From the NCBI GenBank assembly GCA_040954595.2, contig CM082589.2:586988-650987 (forward strand): a stretch of DNA of 64,000 bases. The letters are read 5' to 3'. Positions 61,001-64,000 of this stretch are shown here, in pieces. The notes under the pieces are model-generated. The model did not search any database. It saw only the letters and a list, made by a program, of their open reading frames with translations, and was not told the origin of the DNA. The position numbers were made by a program, and so were the translations under genes. The stretch's first letter is position 1. Each line of letters opens with the position of its first letter. This DNA is from Balanoglossus misakiensis (lineage: Eukaryota > Animalia > Hemichordata).

Positions 61001-61491
61001 GGCGAAGTTTCGTCCACGCACCAATGGAGTTCTCCCCCAGACTTCCCGGCTATTCACGTCCCACGGACCCCAATTTGCTGTGCCCGAGGCAAAAGTAACC
61101 CGACACGTCAAATATTCAGACAAAAAGCGAAGAAAGAAACCATCGCAGATTTACAATGCAATGACCTTGAGGTCCCCGAAGTAAGGGCGTTCAAGATCTA
61201 ACCATTGACCAGTAGTTCCTCAGACAGGTCGCGTCCAAGCCTCTGCGTTTACCATGGCAACAATCGGTTCATTGTCCAACATCGTTTAGGTAGCTTTGCG
61301 ATAAGATAACAGGATGGCGTGGTTGTTTGTTTAACGATCAATTGATTTGTATTTACAAGTGTACACGGGTGGTGGTGCTCTACCAATATTCCCACGAAGC
61401 AGACCCAGTCTCAGTCCAGTGACGCGTGTGATTTATTGCAACGGAATTTCAGACGTACCATGATTAAAATATTTGGGTTCTCTTCTCCTGT

Positions 61492-61527
61492 GAGAGAGAG
61501 AGAGAGAGAGAGGGGGGGGGGAGGGGA
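61492..61527. repeat. (AG)n plus G-run purine tract
   Basis: gagagagagagagagagagagggggggggaggggaa. Confidence 0.85.
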
Positions 61528-64000
61528 AGATGGAGAGAACGAGTAACAGCCACACATCAAGATATTCTCACTGTTGCTACCTCTCGTATCGTGACAAAAT
61601 ATAATAGAAACCATGCAATTGTACTGAACCATAGTTGAATAGATATACATACTGGTAGTATAAGCTTTATAGTTCGTGTATACTCGTACCATGGTAGACA
61701 CGTTTTAGGCGTATGCCAACACCGACCCCTGGTCGCCTGCTTGTCGCTGCCCGGATGAAGTCCAATAAAGACAAAGTGTGAAGCGGGTCAAAGATTTCGA
61801 ACTTTGAAACTGGTTCAAGTGCGAGTCAAACAGCCTATTGGAAAGGAATGTGGATTTTCGCGCCAGAATGTTAATAGTCCAGCTTCACGAGGACCAATCG
61901 ATTTTAAAGCAAAGTCAAACAAGCTAAAAGTCACTAAGGGCCATGGTCGATAACACAGAGATTCACCCTTCCCTTCCTCACACGCATAAATTAACGCTAA
62001 AGTCCTCAACTATATTGTTAAGAGGAATCTCGAGTTCGTGTAATAATTGTCTATTTAGGTGACATATCTCCATTAAAAGGTACTCAATTAATAAATTTAA
62101 TGATTTTGGCCCCTTTAGTGTTGACCCCCTCTTTCACCTACAGATAAAAGTTGTGGGGTCAAAGGTCAAGCACTTGCAATCCAGAGATAACATACCGACG
62201 CGGTGGATTCGTAGAAACTATTGCGAAAGATTTCCGGATGTAACAAAATATTAAGTTCCGGGAGGGGTGTGTTCACGACCGCCAGTTGTTTTTCATGACT
62301 GACATACATATCGAGTATCTGAAAATTTGAAGGGCACTCCAAGAAAAAAAGTTTCAAACGAGTGAAACAAGAAACAAATCTACTGCTGGAAACGTAACCA
62401 GGCAACGTGGAATATTTCTTGTGGCAATTTAATGGTGGAGAAATTGCTCTTAAGCGTTTTTATGGGTATAGGGGAAGGAGCAGTTTGGGAATCGTGAAAA
62501 GATGGAATACAGACCGCGGGAGGGCAGGGAAATATTGGGGAAAAGAAAAACACACGAAAGGTGGATGAACCTTAGGGTAACGCCACTGAGAGGCAAGGGG
62601 AGACCAATTATCAAAAAATGAAAGAGAAATTAAATAGTGACTTGTAAGTAGGACCATAAATATCGCCGCTCATGCGGAAAGCCTGTTTTGTTTGGTTTTG
62701 AGAAGTTGACGTCACTCTCTCGTCGACCAAGAGACTGATATCCGGGTCGAATTCTACATTTTGTCCCGAAAACACGATTTCAGATTAATAAACATGGAAT
62801 GCAAAACATGATATTGGAAATATGTCAAATAACTCCACACAATCGTCATAATATTAAATTTAAGTCTGGCTCGATAGGCGGTCGGTTGCTCTGCCGGGCT
62901 GGCGTGTGACCTACCAGCCGGTGGTAGAAAGTTCCTCGGGCAGACAATATGACAGATTTCCTCGGCGATCAGTCATTGTACGCACTCGTCTTACGCTCCC
63001 GAAGGATCTAATTACTTGCTACCGATTGTGAATGTGCCGTAATTCAACAACCAAGTGGGTCCTCATCCGGGCACTTGAACCGACAATTGATGGCGATCAA
63101 GCACCGTTGCAGGCAGGCGAAGGTCACTACACTGAAATTAAGAGGTCGATTTACAAGTCTCCGTTCTTCACGGATTCCTTTGCAATCTAATGATGAAGTT
63201 CGCCCCATGATAGTGGCAACCGCCGAAAGATAAACACGTCTGCTGTTTAGTTTCTCCTATGGTCACACTACTTTCTGTTTGCTTTTAGTTTTCTGTCCAA
63301 ATATAAGAATAATATTAGGAAGGTTTTATGCCGGACACAGCTACACGTACAATTAGCCTATGTTCAAGATAAAGTGACCCTAGATTCAACTTTCAACAGT
63401 TGGTAATTTGCCAAGATTTTTACTGCAAACTTTGACACTTAAAATATTTATTAACCCGAAGTTATAACTCGAGTTCCGTAATGCCAATTATTGGCCTGGC
63501 AGTGCAATGGACGCGGCGACATTTCAATTCCTTGTTGAAGTGAAATGGGGGCGAATTTCAAAAATGTAAAGTTCAGGGTTGCTTTCACCAAAGAAAAAAC
63601 CGCAGCGTGAGTTCAAGGACTTGTTATCAAAGAGATAGGAACCAGAAGTCAGATTAGCGACCTCACGTGCGGGTCAATTGTCCAGTCGCTGAACACACCT
63701 CCAAAGCGTGCAAGGTACAGAAGGGAAGGAACCACGCCGTATCTGGACAATTTATCAATTGCTGATGAAATTGATAAGAAAACTGGCATTATAAATTAGC
63801 ATTTTTGACACTTTTTGAGTAAGCTTTAACAGCAAACACTTCTCGATAGTAAACTTTGCCTATTTAAACACAGCGACGCATATACATCATACAACTTACA
63901 AGTAGGCGTAAACGTAAACGAAACTGCATCCGTACAGTGAGAGAGAGGTACAGCACTGTCATGATACGATGGCTGTTGGTAAAAGGATAGAGGCACGCCC

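Noticed and set aside
1-64000. Prokaryotic systems, CRISPR arrays, tRNA/rRNA genes, intact retro- or DNA-transposon ORFs
   Set aside because: The window is spliced animal DNA; no repeat-spacer arrays, cloverleafs or RT/transposase ORFs were seen.

Overview
Eukaryotic (invertebrate metazoan-like, AT-rich, intron-containing) genomic DNA; the species cannot be identified from sequence alone. Four protein-coding genes were reconstructed by hand with in-frame splice junctions: FAM110-family (+, one coding exon, 786 aa), FBXO25/FBXO32 atrogin-like F-box (+, 9 coding exons, 382 aa), TRIT1 tRNA isopentenyltransferase (-, 10 coding exons, 508 aa, with a U12 AT-AC intron) and MYC (-, 2 coding exons, 365 aa, plus a probable upstream exon). 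About 19.6 kb of CpG-rich sequence upstream of MYC has no recognisable gene. The most interesting signals are: a candidate CUG-initiated Myc N-terminal extension and a splice-junction uORF; the Myc-TRIT1 tandem with paired Myc E-boxes in TRIT1 intron 1; the AT-AC intron; and a FAM110-FBXO25/32-TRIT1-MYC block that looks like the pre-duplication state of the vertebrate MYC paralogons. No tRNA, rRNA, CRISPR array or intact transposon ORF was found. Homology calls rely on remembered family motifs, not database searches. Expected motif counts are rough hand estimates assuming about 38% GC.
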